From: Ptychomitrium polyphyllum
Lineage: Eukaryota
Direction: 5' to 3'
Assembly (NCBI GenBank): GCA_973851085.1
Contig: OZ316776.1
Location: forward strand, 3,038,001 to 3,102,000
DNA length: 64,000 nucleotides
Below, in pieces: positions 51,377 through 64,000 of the stretch. A model generated the notes under the pieces. It was not told the origin of the DNA. It did no database searches and was given only the letters and a program-made list of their open reading frames with translations. The translations under genes and the position numbers were made by a program. Position 1 is the first letter of the stretch; each line of letters begins with the position of its first letter.

Positions 51377-54300
51377 ATCGGTAGAAAGTTGAGACCCACT
51401 TGCAAACTTGAGTCAGGATTAAAGGTTCCTTTCGTGCCAAGCATGTAACGAAGGGGAGAATGGAGTTTCTGGGGTGGTGCTCTCAATTAGTGTTTGACTC
51501 CTCTTCTTGATAATACACTTCAAGAACTCCTCAAAAGTCAAGTTCAAAGGGTGGTTGGAGGAGTTTATTCTAAAACATAGGCAAAGCATGGTCTACATGA
51601 GAAGATGGAAAGATATTAATATAATCAAATGGAAATAGTTTTTTCCTTTGGATTAATTGTTGGGTTATTATTCCAAGAGTACTTCCAAAAATAGTCAATA
51701 AAAAATGACTTTTATACAATAAATATTGTTATATTGGTAGCCAACTTGTTATCTCATTTACCTTCAAATTTCTTATTCTACTGACAACAAAATAAGTTAT
51801 GAAGTCTTACAAGAGAATCTGAAAATTTTAACGAATTAAATTACTAAAATTTTCTAAGTATGACAAAAATATTTTGTTCCATGGACAATTGAAAAAGGTG
51901 TAAGGTAACCTTTATTATATTAATGAAGGTTAATTTTTCACTTATTCATATAAAATCAGTACTTGATTTTTTTATAAAATATAAAAATTAATCAACCAAC
52001 CTTTGTCTAAAAAATAATAAATCATGTTCCTAATTTATTCTCAAAAAATATAATCTATTCAAATAATGAGATTTTTCATTAATCATGGCATTTTGCTCTA
52101 CTTTCATCATTTGAATTAGTTACATTTTAGATGCTTTTCATCTCATCTTTGTCATATTCATTAAAAAAGAATTTATTATTAAAAAAATTTAATAGATTTT
52201 TTAATTTTAATTGTAGATTATATTTAACATTATGTAGGCTTCTCATCTCCTTTTGGCGTTAAGCTATCTACTGGAATTGACCTTTTGTTTTATTTTTTAT
52301 TATGTATTCTTCAAAATAAACATTTACAATAATTTTAAAATTTAAGAGGTTCATTATTTCATCCGTATCTTTTGATTTATTCATATAAGCATTTATGAAG
52401 GTCTTCATATTTTTCTTATCATCAATTTAAGACAAAAAAATTATATATTTTAAGGCCTTAATATTTTTTTTACCATGAACTTATTTATTTTATTCTTTAA
52501 TAATCAACTTCATTTAACCTTAATTACATCATTTTTCATTTATGTAATTTCTAAAAGCTTGTAAATTCATTTTTTATAAAATGATGTATCATTATTTATT
52601 TTATGAAATTCATAAATGTCATTACTACCATAAACGTCTAAAGATCCATGAATGCCATTTTAAAGCCTCAAAAAATAGTTGTAGGATTTGAATTTTTAAT
52701 TCTTTGACACTCAAAAATTTTAACATTCATTTTCAAGAATTTAAATCAAAATGCTACATTATAAAACCATAGAGGTTATTAACCAATTTTGAATTTTTTG
52801 TAAATTTACAAATAATCTTTATACTAAATAATTAACTCATCCTCATATCTACATTTCACATTTCTTGGAGAATATATTGGAAATTAAGGTAGAAAATTAA
52901 ATGAAGCAAAATAAGAACCATTCATCCATTTTATGTAGAAATCATATATTTTCTAAAACAAAACATGTTTTAAAAAAAATATTGATTTTTTTTAAAGATT
53001 ACATGTAAAATACATCATGGATATTTTTCTAAAGGTAGAATATTTTTTAATTTCACATTTCTATTTATTTACTTTGTTCACACATGTACATACTATAGAT
53101 TACTTTGAATAATCTTTTCAAACTACATTTATGCATGCATATCATCTTTTGATTGATTATCTTTTTTCTAAAGATTATGCTTTGTTTTTATATCAAAATG
53201 ATCTTCCCTCTTTTTTGATTCTTTGATATGTTTAAAAAACAAAATTGTAAAAATGCAAGCACAAATTTTAAATGGTGCAAAAATTATAAGATACAGCTCT
53301 TTGTAGAACATATTTGAAAAAAGTCTTTTTTTTTATTTTAATGTTTCTTTTTTATATAAAGTCATTATATATTTTGTATCTTTTCTAACTTTAATTAAAT
53401 TATAATATTGTATTTATAACAAATCATCCAAGCATGAATGTTCCAAAACATTAATAAAAAAATCAATCATTAAAGGAAGAATGGATCCAATGAGGCTACT
53501 TGCCAGATACATTGGTGGTCCATTAAGCCTAGTATGCCACCAAAAAAATCCATACCATTACTTCATTAATGTCTCTAGCAAACTAGTATTAAATTTAAAG
53601 ATCTTCGTTTTTATTATTAGATTTGTGCATTTTGATTGGAGATAACAATCTTTTATTTAGATGGCCATTGTGAAGATGGAAATTTATAACTTTCCAAATT
53701 TTTATACTAATTTAAATCTTTTATCAAAAACAAATTATATCTTCCAATGCATGAATTTTAACCTTTCTACTCTACAAATGAGTGCCTTTATGGAACTATT
53801 GTTATGGTCGGTAACTATTGAGTAGTTAAAGATTAGTATTTCCTAGTTGATAATAATTATTGGGAAAAGAACAGTTTAGACAAGTCTATAGTTGATAACT
53901 ACCAAATAAAAGAAAAATGGTAGTTCTATAAACCAAGTTATAAAATATCCTAGAACTCTTAATAATAAAGGAACATACATAAAAATTACAATATACTAAG
54001 ACATAGTTGATGCATAATCTCATAGTTTGGAATGTACAACTTGATTAATGGGAAAACAAGATACAACACACTTTCAACCCTCTTGGTTGAAGATTTAATT
54101 ATTATTTTTCAAATCCTACAATAATAAATCTATGTCTGTTTGTTTGAATTAAGTTACTAATACTCATTATTTGGTAGTTACCGTTGGAAGATGTTGAATA
54201 GTTATTGCTAGCACATGTTTGGTAGTACCAATAGATATTTGATAGAGGAAGTTTGGTAGTATTGTATAACACCCAATAAGGCGGTAACAAATACCAACTT

Positions 54301-55991
54301 CCTTGCATGTATTAAGTTTTTTACATACAACCTTATAAATTATACATTATTTTTCTAACAAATTCATTCTTAACAAGTTAGATTTTTCTACGCTAAAAGC
54401 ATCATTACTTTTTTGCTGTCATATGTGTAAATAGAAGTGAATAGAATTTTCAATTGTACAATCTTATGATAAATTTGTTGTAGATGATGTGGATTTAATT
54501 TGGAGTAATGAAGTCTTATACATTAGAAATTTATAATGTTTTAATAATAAAAATGATTCTTAAATTTGGTTGGTAGCACATTAAAATTGAAATTTCTACA
54601 TACAAAAAGAGAATCAAATATCTAAACAAATTTGGAACATCTCATCTGCGCCCATTCAAGCCTTTTTCCTTATTACAACCTAATGTCATTATTCTAAATG
54701 GATCCGGACAAGTCTGATCAAGTTCTTAAATTTTCCTAATTGGACTAGTGATTGATTCACAAATAAGCCTAAGAAATTCTAAATTAGTTATTATTTTGAA
54801 TGAATTCAAATTTACTTGTATTTAGATCGTTTCAAATTTCTAAAAGTCTAACAACAATTTGAATGCTAAAAGATAATTTACATCTAAATATTTAGCATTT
54901 AGCATCCAATTTATTTGGACGCTAGATAATCTTAGGTCAATCCTATTAAAACATAACATGCTTATAATAAAACCAAATAGTTATTTATTTAATTATGAAC
55001 TTTTTGAAGAATTGTTTTTTAATTCATAGTTGAAAAGACTCCAAAACTTAAGAATTTCCATTTCTTTATTAAAAATTTTGAGCCAAAATATCCATCAACT
55101 TGATACACTTATAATTCAATAGTCCTCATTTGTATTAACTTCTTTTCAGGACATTAAAAATCTACCTTTAGACATTAAAATTTATCTAACATTAATTTTC
55201 TTCAATGTTCTATTATTACTTTAATTTTTTTGATACATCTATTAGTTTTTTTATTAATTTCCAATAAATATATTATTACTTCTAAACTTAAAAAAGTTTA
55301 CAACTAAATAATATATAATTGCCTTTGTATATTAAAATTCTTGTCAAATCTTCATAATAACTAAGATTGATCTAAAGTTCAATTCAATATTTTTATTGGA
55401 GCCAAAGACTAGATGACAAATGAAACTACTCATTAAAATTTTGGTTTATAGTCATAAAACACCTTTTGTAAGTGAAACTCACCATTCACAGTATCTTATC
55501 TTGACACCCATTGATTTTAAGTGTTTGAAGCATGGCCAAGCAGAAAAGCAAGGTACAACTCTTTGACAACATTGCAAATCCATATCACCACATTGCACCC
55601 AGAAGCACAACTTACTCAGCTACATAGGCCTTATGATACTCTAAACTTCGTTAAAAGAATAACCCATTACAGTAATGGAGATACAAACACAATGCTGCAC
55701 ACTCACATGTAACTCACCCAATTGGATGGGAAAACAAAGGATTTCCAATCCTGCACCAAACTGTCAAAACACCGGTAACCAAGCCACATTACATCCATCT
55801 ACATCATAAACACTATCAGTATGTTGAGAACTCCACATACAACACATGGCCTTTTATGGGAATTTGAACCCCTCCACCACCACCGCAAGTTCACAATAGT
55901 ATTTTATATATGGAAGTATCACACAGTCCAGGTGGACCATGCCCATTCCACCTCAACTGCTTCGCAGGACGCCAGCACAGCACTTGTGAAA

Positions 55992-56010
55992 CCACGTGGA
56001 AACACGTGGC
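55992..56010 (+). promoter_or_regulatory. Tandem G-box/ABRE pair upstream of the ACR gene
   Basis: CCACGTGG and ACACGTGGC about 10 bp apart, matching the G-box/ABRE consensus. Function is inferred only. Confidence 0.45.
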
Positions 56011-57807
56011 ACCGCTGTGGCCAGTCCCTGACCCACCAAATTAAAATACCAAATGCGAAACCGCTGCCTTCATGCGCATGGCACCCAATTCCGTCATTCA
56101 CCTAAAAACACCACAATCCGGGACCAACAGTGCAGTATTTTGGTTCTGATTTCGGTTAGGAAAGCAAAAAATAAGAATCATTTTCTCTGTCACAGAACTT
56201 TATACAGCATTAGATCTAGAGGCGAGGGAGATTGAACTTTCCAAAAAGAACAAGTCTTTAACTCCTCAAGGCCTAAGCCTGCTAACTTGCATGAATTTAT
56301 TCATTCATGCATTCATTCAAATATGTATCTTTTTTTTTATTGCCTTCGGCAATTTTATCCACTCTTTGGACTTAAAACTCATGGAAGATGTTACGAATCA
56401 TATCATAATGTGTGACTTTGCTATCAAACTTCAAGTGAATCCAAACTGTGAAAGACTTTGGCCAAACAGTTTAAGTTCCAGTGTAATGCCTCGACGGTGT
56501 ATTCATTATGATTTCATAACTGATAGAATGTGTCGGAGTTAGGTGGCTGCCGGAATGGGGTGCCGGAGCCGCTGTCGTTCTCGTCCAGGTTCGGATCTAG
56601 ACAATCCTTGCAACCGATCAACAGAATTTATGGCGAGCAATCGTCGGATCATCGCATATCCGAGCACCCTGGACTCACATGTCGAGTAACTAGCTGGGAG
56701 TCGTCGAGCTTGCTTCACGAGAGAGGAAAGTTTTTGGTGAAGATTTCATGTGCAAGGTCGTACGTTCGGGATAACAGTTGTGGATTGCGACAAGCGTTGT
56801 TCGGTGGATCTGACTGTTCTGCTTGGATTGTTGGAGGTTTCTGGGTGGTGGATGCAGAGTTTGGGAGAGTGATTGGGAATAGTCCATCACGGGATGAGGA
56901 TTGATAGTGCGTAGTGAGGGTGGAGGTGGGAAGGGGATTATGGCATGGTGGGATGGGGGTGTGGGAGCGTGGAAGACGAGGAGACTAAGAGTAGGACGAC
57001 TAGCACCTAAGGGGAGCGAGGATTCAGAGAGTGTGGTGGTGCCTGCTCGGTGTGGTGTGGCTTCCAGGAAGCCTCAGCAGTTGTCGGCACCGTTTTTGAA
57101 CCGAGGTGGGTCTCTGGTTACATGGAGATTTTTTTCCACTTTTTCATTCATGGTGCTTGTTTTAGTCTTTCTCTTCCGTGTTTACGAATTGTGGGCTATT
57201 TTAGTGAAGCAGATGCTTGAAACTTGTGTGAGTTGAATCTTCGGCTTGATTCCGGAAAATGCGGGATTTGGCTTCAAGTTTGGTTTTGTTTATGTGACGG
57301 AGAATGTTGGTTGGTTGGTTGGTTTATTTGTTTGTTTGAGTTTTTTTGTGTCTGTGAGAGGTCATCTCATGGACGATTGTGAAGAGGATGGCAGAGAAAT
57401 TGTTTCCTCCGAAGCCGCTGTATGATTGGATAATTATTTTGTCAAATTTGGCGGCACAAGTAAAATGAGTAATTTTATGATCCTGCGACCACATTCTGTG
57501 TGACCAGTGATTGCGAGGCATTTTAGTGAGGTTGCTCGAACAATCATTAAGTGTAATACATGCCAAAGAGATCTATGAGACCTCCGAATTGCTTTTGGTC
57601 CAGTATACAGCAGTCTCTTGATTATGCGTCGCGGTTGTTTGGAAGAGATTAAATTGTTAGACATTGAAGTGACGTGAAGTTGTCCTTGTCTTCCACAAGC
57701 CGTGATTTTGATATATGTTTATTTCTGGTGTCCAATGCAGACGAAAATCATTTTGGAGAGTAGCACTGTAGTGATCTCTTCGCTCGAGAGGCGAGTTGTA
57801 AGGAGAA

Positions 57808-59918
57808 ATGGGGGTCTTCAGCGATGAATACGTGGTGGTCCGTAGGGGAAATACTCCTTCGGATCCAAGTGAGCTAACCATCAACTGTCCTGACAAAGTG
57901 GGGCTCGGTTGTGATCTTGCCCGAATAGTATTCGAGTTTGGCCTAAGTGTAGTCAAAGGAGGTACTCTTCTGCACTACTTCTTAGTAATCAGCACATTAA
58001 CTTTTTATTCATGCTTTGCTGATGGTGCTTAACATTTGTCATCCAGGTAACCAGATATGAGGTTGCCAGCATGTGCATGGCGGGCTATTTTAGACCCTAG
58101 TATTTAGCTACGGACTCATTTTAAGGGACGTATATGTTGCTTTTCCAGATATGTCAATAGATGGACGCTGGTGTTTTGTTGTGCTTTGGGTCAAACCTAG
58201 AGTAAGCACGTCAGCGGTGCGTTGGTCACTTCTGAAGCAAAGGTTGGAAGATATCTGCCCCAGTGCCTTTGGTTCAATATTACCTCCTCCAGCTCCTCTT
58301 GTGCCGGAATCCAAGAGGGTCCTGCTGCTGCAGATTTGCTCCTCTGATCGGACAGGCCTACTCCATGGTATTTCCTTCAATTCCATGTAGTTCTCTCAAA
58401 AGTATGGATATAGCGTTCCCCGCTGAACTTATTCTGATACTGTATGAATAGTCATATGTTACTTTTTGGAGTTTAAGTTATCTCTCGATGCTAGCCTCTG
58501 ATATTGTAACCTTTGGTGAATCTTCAGACGTTGCACAGAAGCTGTGGGAGATGGAACTGACTATACACAAAGTCAAAGTCTCAACTAGTCCTGATGAAAG
58601 GGCCATTGACTTGTTTTTTGTCACATTTAACAGGTAAAATATCTACTTTTAGTTGAGTGTGGTGTCACCTGGGATTTTAGATTTGGGTTTGATCTTTCAA
58701 GTTACATGTTTTAATGGGGGTTTTTGTTGCGTCTTTTGCCTCAGACCCCAGGCCCAATGGAAGAAAAGGGCGGAAGACGTGACAAAGCAACTAAAGGATT
58801 ATTTGGGGGAGCCGTGTTCACATTGCGAGATTGATCTTGCTGGACCTGAGTGTGGGGCCTTGACTTGCTCCTCCTTACCCGCTTCAATGACCAAAGACAT
58901 ATTCTATGCTGATCCTGCAACGTTTGGAAAGAATTACAGCAGAAATGAAAATCATGCCCATCGTGTCGTTGTCACCTTTGATAACAATACTAGCCCTGTT
59001 CATAGCATGCTTCAACTCACTTGCCGGAGCCGGAAAGGTTTATTGTACGACTGCCTTCGTACTGTGAAGGACTTCAATCTAAAGGTGAATGCCACTTTAA
59101 TTTGGCAGTCACGTTTGTTTAGGCCTTTAAGGTAGCACTTCTGGTAGACATGTTTTGAGAATTTTCGATGTTGAAAATGTTGTTGGTGTGCTATTGTTTG
59201 CAGGTAGCATATGGCCGGATTATTATGTTGGAGAATGGCGATTCAGAGATCAATGTTTTTGTATTGAATCCAAATGGCCGGAAGATCACTGACATACAAG
59301 AGCAGAAAGTTGTGGCACATTCCATGGAAGAGGAAGTTGGGCACCCTGTGCGGATCAAGGTGGGGACAAGAGGGCCTGACACCGAGTTACTTGTTGCTAC
59401 TCCCATTGAAAAATGTGGAAGGGGTCGTCCCCGGGTATTATATGACGTCACTCTGGCCTTGAAGATGCTAGACATCTGTATTTTCAAGGTGAACTATTTT
59501 TCTTTCTTTATTAAATTTAGTTCTTTTATCATGTCAACAAAAATACAGTGGCAAAAGCTGGGATCTCCTTTCTACTGGGATTATCCTTAGTCTTTATTTT
59601 CAGAAACGTAATCATTTCTTTCTTGCTTTTGTTCAGTTCCTCAAAGCTACTATTTATGTTGTAATCATAAATATTCTGAGCTATGGTTTTTGCTGCTTAT
59701 TATTTCTAATACCATGCTTCCGAGATTGTTGATCCACCTTGTTCCATTTAACTGAAATTCCTGTTGCACTTCAGGCTGATATTGGAATGCATGATTACAA
59801 CGGCAAAAGCTGGGAGATTTGTCGATTCCTGCTTGTTGACAGAGAAGAGCCTTCTTTGACATGCAGCAGGATGCGCAATCTTATTGTGGACCGAGTCCGA
59901 CACATACTACTGGGCTGA
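57808..59918 (+). CDS. ACR9: ACT domain repeat protein, ACR9/ACR10-like; join(57808..57961, 58149..58367, 58528..58633, 58745..59084, 59204..59488, 59775..59918), about 415 aa
   Basis: Motifs LTINCPDKVGLGCDLARIVFEFGL, GDMSIDGRWC, WSLLKQRL, DRTGLLHDV, LWEMELTIHKVKVSTSPD, DNNTSPVHSMLQL..KGLLYDCLRT, RGPDTELLVATPIEKCGRGRPRVLYDVTLALKML, WEICRFLL. Five GT-AG introns, all phase-consistent, total 1248 nt. Confidence 0.93.
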
Positions 59919-61136
59919 ATGCAACCCCAAGCTGATATCTCAATGCATTTGAACTCTTCTTTCAGAGAAGATAATGTTGTACTATTGGTAGATTAGAGAC
60001 ATCTTTCAGTTGCTTTACAATATGCAGCCGGAAAGATTGTGCTATGATGCATGTTGTTAGAAGAAACTCTATAGGAGTTCAGTCCAATTTTTTGTATAAC
60101 CAGTATTTCTTACGTGCCTTCTAGGGATCAATCAATGGTATTCAGACTTGAGTTTACAGTTTCTTAGCAACTAAGGTTCCTACAGTTCATTATCAAGTAT
60201 GTTCCCTACTTTTAATGTAACTGATGTATATATGGTATATCACTCAGAGACATAGATTTATTGTTGAGATAGCTATATGATCACTAGAGTAGCAGTTCTG
60301 GACGATGTATCTCAACACGTCAAGGTAGAGATGTTGTTACAGGTTAGTGCTATTGGTACCCACACGGTCCAGTGTAGGTGCAATGACTTTTGACAGAATT
60401 TCCAATAAAATTTGATAAGATTAGAATCTTTGAACTGAGTTTGGATATTTTGTAGCGCATAAGATACACTACACATACAATTGGGATTTGATTAATAAAA
60501 AAACTATTTTGCAGACTTGCGTATTAAATCTTTCAATTTCTTCCCTTGATTCAAAAGACTATAGATACAAGTTTGTTAATTATGATATACTAAACTCTCA
60601 ATCTAATGAGTAAGAAACCTCTCTAGAATGACATGCAATAGTTTCTGAAGTTTTGGAATCTTTTATTGAAATCTTTTATCTGAAGTTTTGAAATTTAATT
60701 CAAAAAATAATTTTAGCTTACTTGACAGCATTTGGGAAATTTTGGAACGGGTCACACTTTCTTAGGCGACGATATCAGGCTACATACTGTAGCATACCTG
60801 CTGGGTTATTACAGAATATTGTTGCTCATTGTGAAGTAATGAGATCAGGATTTCTCATCCTCTACTGTGCGAAGAAATAAAACCACTAGACAAAATTGAC
60901 TCACTATTACACGTCTTTTCAAGGCTGTCATCAGTCTCACTTCACTCTCTATATTGAGATAATCACAATTTACAACTGAGTTATAATAACGGCATTGGCA
61001 CATGAGGCAAGAAAAACCTTAAGGTGAAGTTTGCAGAGACTTATATAGACAATAAATATACAAGAAAGTTCTGCATATCAAAATCCAGCGCAAGGATATC
61101 TAAACATCAACTTCAGAGTTCTTACTTTGATTAAAA

Positions 61137-64000
61137 CTAGCTAGGAAATTGAAACTCGGTATGAGCTTTCTTTGTACTAGGATGGCCAGCTTTCCCTACC
61201 ATTGGTGCTTTAGGGCGTCGCCGTTTCATGACAACTGCACAATCGCTGCAGTACCACTTGCCTTTCGGCCGCTCCTTGATCCCCACACAATCGAAGTGGA
61301 ACCACTCGATTTTACACTGTCAAATTTCAATTTCGAATAAGCACAAGCACCTCACGAAACAAAGTTATCTTATTAATCTAGTCGAGATTCACAACCATAA
61401 AAAAAATACCACGAGTTCTTTTGATGCATAAGTATCAGTAGCAGGAACTAGTCTAGCAGTAACTGACAAAAACAATTAAAATCACATTTACCAGAGACAA
61501 GCCAACAGCACTCTGCTCTTCACGGATTGGAATTTGAAGTTATCTTCACAACAGATGTAGTATATACGGTATTTGGGCTAACAAAGGGACCATCTCATCC
61601 TAACAAAAAGTCAAACATACTAAGAATCTTGTAAAGCAGAGAAAAAACGTAAATCTCTTACCTCAGGATTATCACAAGCAATCATTTCTCCATAAGAAAC
61701 CTGTCCGCAGTAGCAATAAGTTGGTTCGTTTGGATCAACAGGAAGATCCAGCTCTACATTAACGTTCGTTGGTATTGTGTGAGATCCTCTGTAAATAAAC
61801 CAACACATCAGATTAGTTGCGCTTCATAAACTATAAACTTGCATGTGATAAATACAGATTCGTCTGGAACGAGCTAAATACCCAGCAAGCCAAAACATCT
61901 GGTTGCCTGCAAATCTAGCTGCGGAACTTAACCTCGGTATTTTTAAACCAACCCTACCCCAACAAAATGAACGTTTTTACTAACCCCTTAAAAGAAAGAG
62001 GCCAGAGGCGTTTGGCATACAAAATCAGCAGGAACAGAAGCAAAAACAAACAAACAAACAAACAGTACATACTTTCTGCGACCACCAAATCTAGTTCCAT
62101 CTCCACCATCTCTTCCGAGCCCTCCGCCCGTACCCTCTAACCGTGGCTCTGATGAAAGTAAACCTCCTCCAGCTGCCTCTCTATCTGTGTGCTCGTAACA
62201 AATCATGTATGCACGTAAAGAAGCAATAATCAAAGGGGTTAGGAAAGAAAGCTCTGTAGGACGAATAAAATATAATAAAATATAAAATAAGTTCAGCTTG
62301 AATATTCAACAAAAGCACCTCCTGCTTGCTCAAAGGTTCTAAGCTTTGACAATGTATTTAAGTATATAAATCTTTGCAGTAATAATTGTACTGACCTCTT
62401 CTAAGTTCTTCTTCAAACTTTTTCAGGTCTTTATCTAGCCGTTGAATATGACCATCAACCTGCAGGACAAACGCTAGTTAATAGTATGATTCTAATTGAT
62501 TGGTGTTGGATTTAAAGTACTCAAACCTCTATCTGTGTTCTCAAGGTAAAATCTTTTAACCGATAATAGAGGTATCTCATAAAACCAGGATGGCTAACAG
62601 AAGGAAAACTCACCAAAGAAATATAAAAGCATATAAGTGATTGCGCTTACCAAATCATAAGTCTGTACAGCTAGAAATACTTTTTCCTCCGCTATTGTAA
62701 GACATGCCTTGTGAACATTCAGAACTTCGTTTGAATGCTGAAGAGCGACACCATCAGTTGCAGTAGTTCCGGATTCCTTCACTTTTCTCACGTCATCCAG
62801 CCCCTTTATTAATTGCACCTGCATGTGTTTCTGCAAAGCTGCATCACAACAACCATAAGCAATTAATGATCTAATGCTGACTAACCTCCCTCACGTGATC
62901 AGAATTTTCGTAGCAAAAACGTGAAGTTGGTCTGCCTGAGAACAGAATGATTGTTTGAGTTCCAGCAAGAATACTCAAAACTCACATTGGAATTTCTGAT
63001 CCAACTCTCGCAGTAGCTGGTAGTTTTTTTGTAGCTCAGTTGGAAGTGTCTGCACACCTGAACAATTCATCACGAAAATAGATCAATGAAATTAATAAAT
63101 CGTACCAAATGAAAATGCCCTTTGAAAGATACAGATCATATTAGGATAGGAACATTTCAACATCTTAAAACCATATTAGCAGGAAAACGGAGAATATAAT
63201 CATGACCGCAACTACTAGGACAACGTGAAAGGCTTCAAGAAACCTGTAAACCAAAAAGGCTATGCATAAACTGTAAACAAGAAACTTATGCTTGCAGTTA
63301 GGTATAGACCAAAAAGGTGGAAGTTTTGGACGTGGGACTCATGTTCCTCAATACAGACTATAAATAGAATTGAACATGATGGCACAGATTATTATCCTCC
63401 TCCTGCTCCGCAGATAAAAGGTGAGAAAGCACGCTAAGAGCAATGCTATCAGCAGACTTCCCACCTTCTACCTCTGGGTCAGGAGGAAAACTACCCAACA
63501 TGGCACCTGCATCAGCACCAGCACCGGCACCACAATTCGAAAGGAAAATGACCAAAAATAAATAACAGTGTAATTTGAAGTTATCTTCACGACAGATGTA
63601 GTATATACGGTATTTGGGCTAACAAAGGGACCATCTCATCCTAACAAGAAGTCAAACATACTAAGAGTATTGCAAATTATTATGCTAAATTATTATGCTA
63701 AAGCCAAGAGTGTTGCAAATTAGTATTGCAAATTATTATGCTAAAGCCAAGAGTGCTTACAAAAACAAGTATTAACAACTTCGTACGTATCTAACAAGAT
63801 TGCTTGATCGTAAACGATCTCAATATATCTGATATGAAATAAAGACGTTGTAAATGAAAGCAGGCAACTCATCCCATAAACAACTTAATCAAAGGCCATT
63901 CCACCCTAACCAAATTAATCAAAGGCCACAACTAGCAAGTTCGCAAAGCTACAAGATGAAATAGAAATTAGAGACTGTACTCGAAACGAAGTCTTCCAAG
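61137..64000 (-). CDS. ING1: PHD finger protein ING1-like, 5' end beyond window; complement join(63981..>64000, 62986..63057, 62651..62838, 62396..62459, 62073..62184, 61662..61788, 61137..61316)
   Basis: ING N-terminal helical domain ([60 protein letters not shown]) and PHD finger ([56 protein letters not shown]). All six introns are GT-AG with matching phases. [12 protein letters not shown] fits the plant ING1 clade better than ING2. Confidence 0.93.
61531..61625. repeat. 95-bp direct repeat, copy A (last intron of the ING1-like gene)
   Basis: 93/95 identical to 63572-63666. Confidence 0.95.
63572..63666. repeat. 95-bp direct repeat, copy B (first visible intron of the ING1-like gene), followed by a micro-duplication patchwork to 63755
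   Basis: 93/95 identical to 61531-61625. Adjacent repeated blocks of GTATTGCAAATTATTATGCTAAA and TTATTATGCTAAAGCCAAGAGTG. Confidence 0.95.

Noticed and set aside
51395..51456. TTCGTGCCAAGC matches the 5' part of miR536 as I recall it, with weak upstream pairing
   Set aside because: The 3' half mismatches and the duplex has too many mismatches and bulges to call a MIRNA without sRNA data.
51129..51486. ORFs with VVPSF / MEPQK repeats; possible CRISPR-like array
   Set aside because: By-products of a 15-bp minisatellite; no spacers between units.
63200..63250. FLEAFHV after a TTTACAG acceptor as a possible first ING exon
   Set aside because: The exon at 63981 and beyond (LEDFVS|S) gives a better ING match and a phase-correct splice to 63057.

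Overview
Eukaryotic land-plant genomic DNA, very probably a moss (Physcomitrium-like). Spliced, GC-richer genes sit between AT-rich, CpG-depleted, decayed repeats. Four protein-coding genes could be assembled by hand with phase-consistent GT-AG introns: (1) a GT47/exostosin xyloglucan glycosyltransferase of the MUR3/KATAMARI1 type (-, 5940-8614, 2 coding exons); (2) a GPI-anchored COBRA-like protein of the long COBL7-11 type with an AGP-like Ala/Pro N-terminal module (+, 46853-49804, 5 exons); (3) an ACT-domain-repeat protein of the ACR9/10 type (+, 57808-59918, 6 exons); (4) an ING1-like PHD finger protein (-, 61137 to beyond 64000, 7 exons seen). A decayed Ty3/gypsy chromovirus (gag-PR-RT-RH-IN-chromodomain) occupies about 36.99-41.55 kb. 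The most unusual observations are a 95-bp near-identical segment shared by two introns of the ING1-like gene beside a patchwork of micro-duplications (a probable templated DSB-repair scar), the AGP-COBRA chimera, a cryptic decayed receptor-kinase-like pseudogene at about 29.4-30.9 kb, and a small fold-back repeat family. I found no prokaryotic-type system, CRISPR array, rRNA or intact tRNA, and no clearly novel multi-gene system can be supported from sequence alone.
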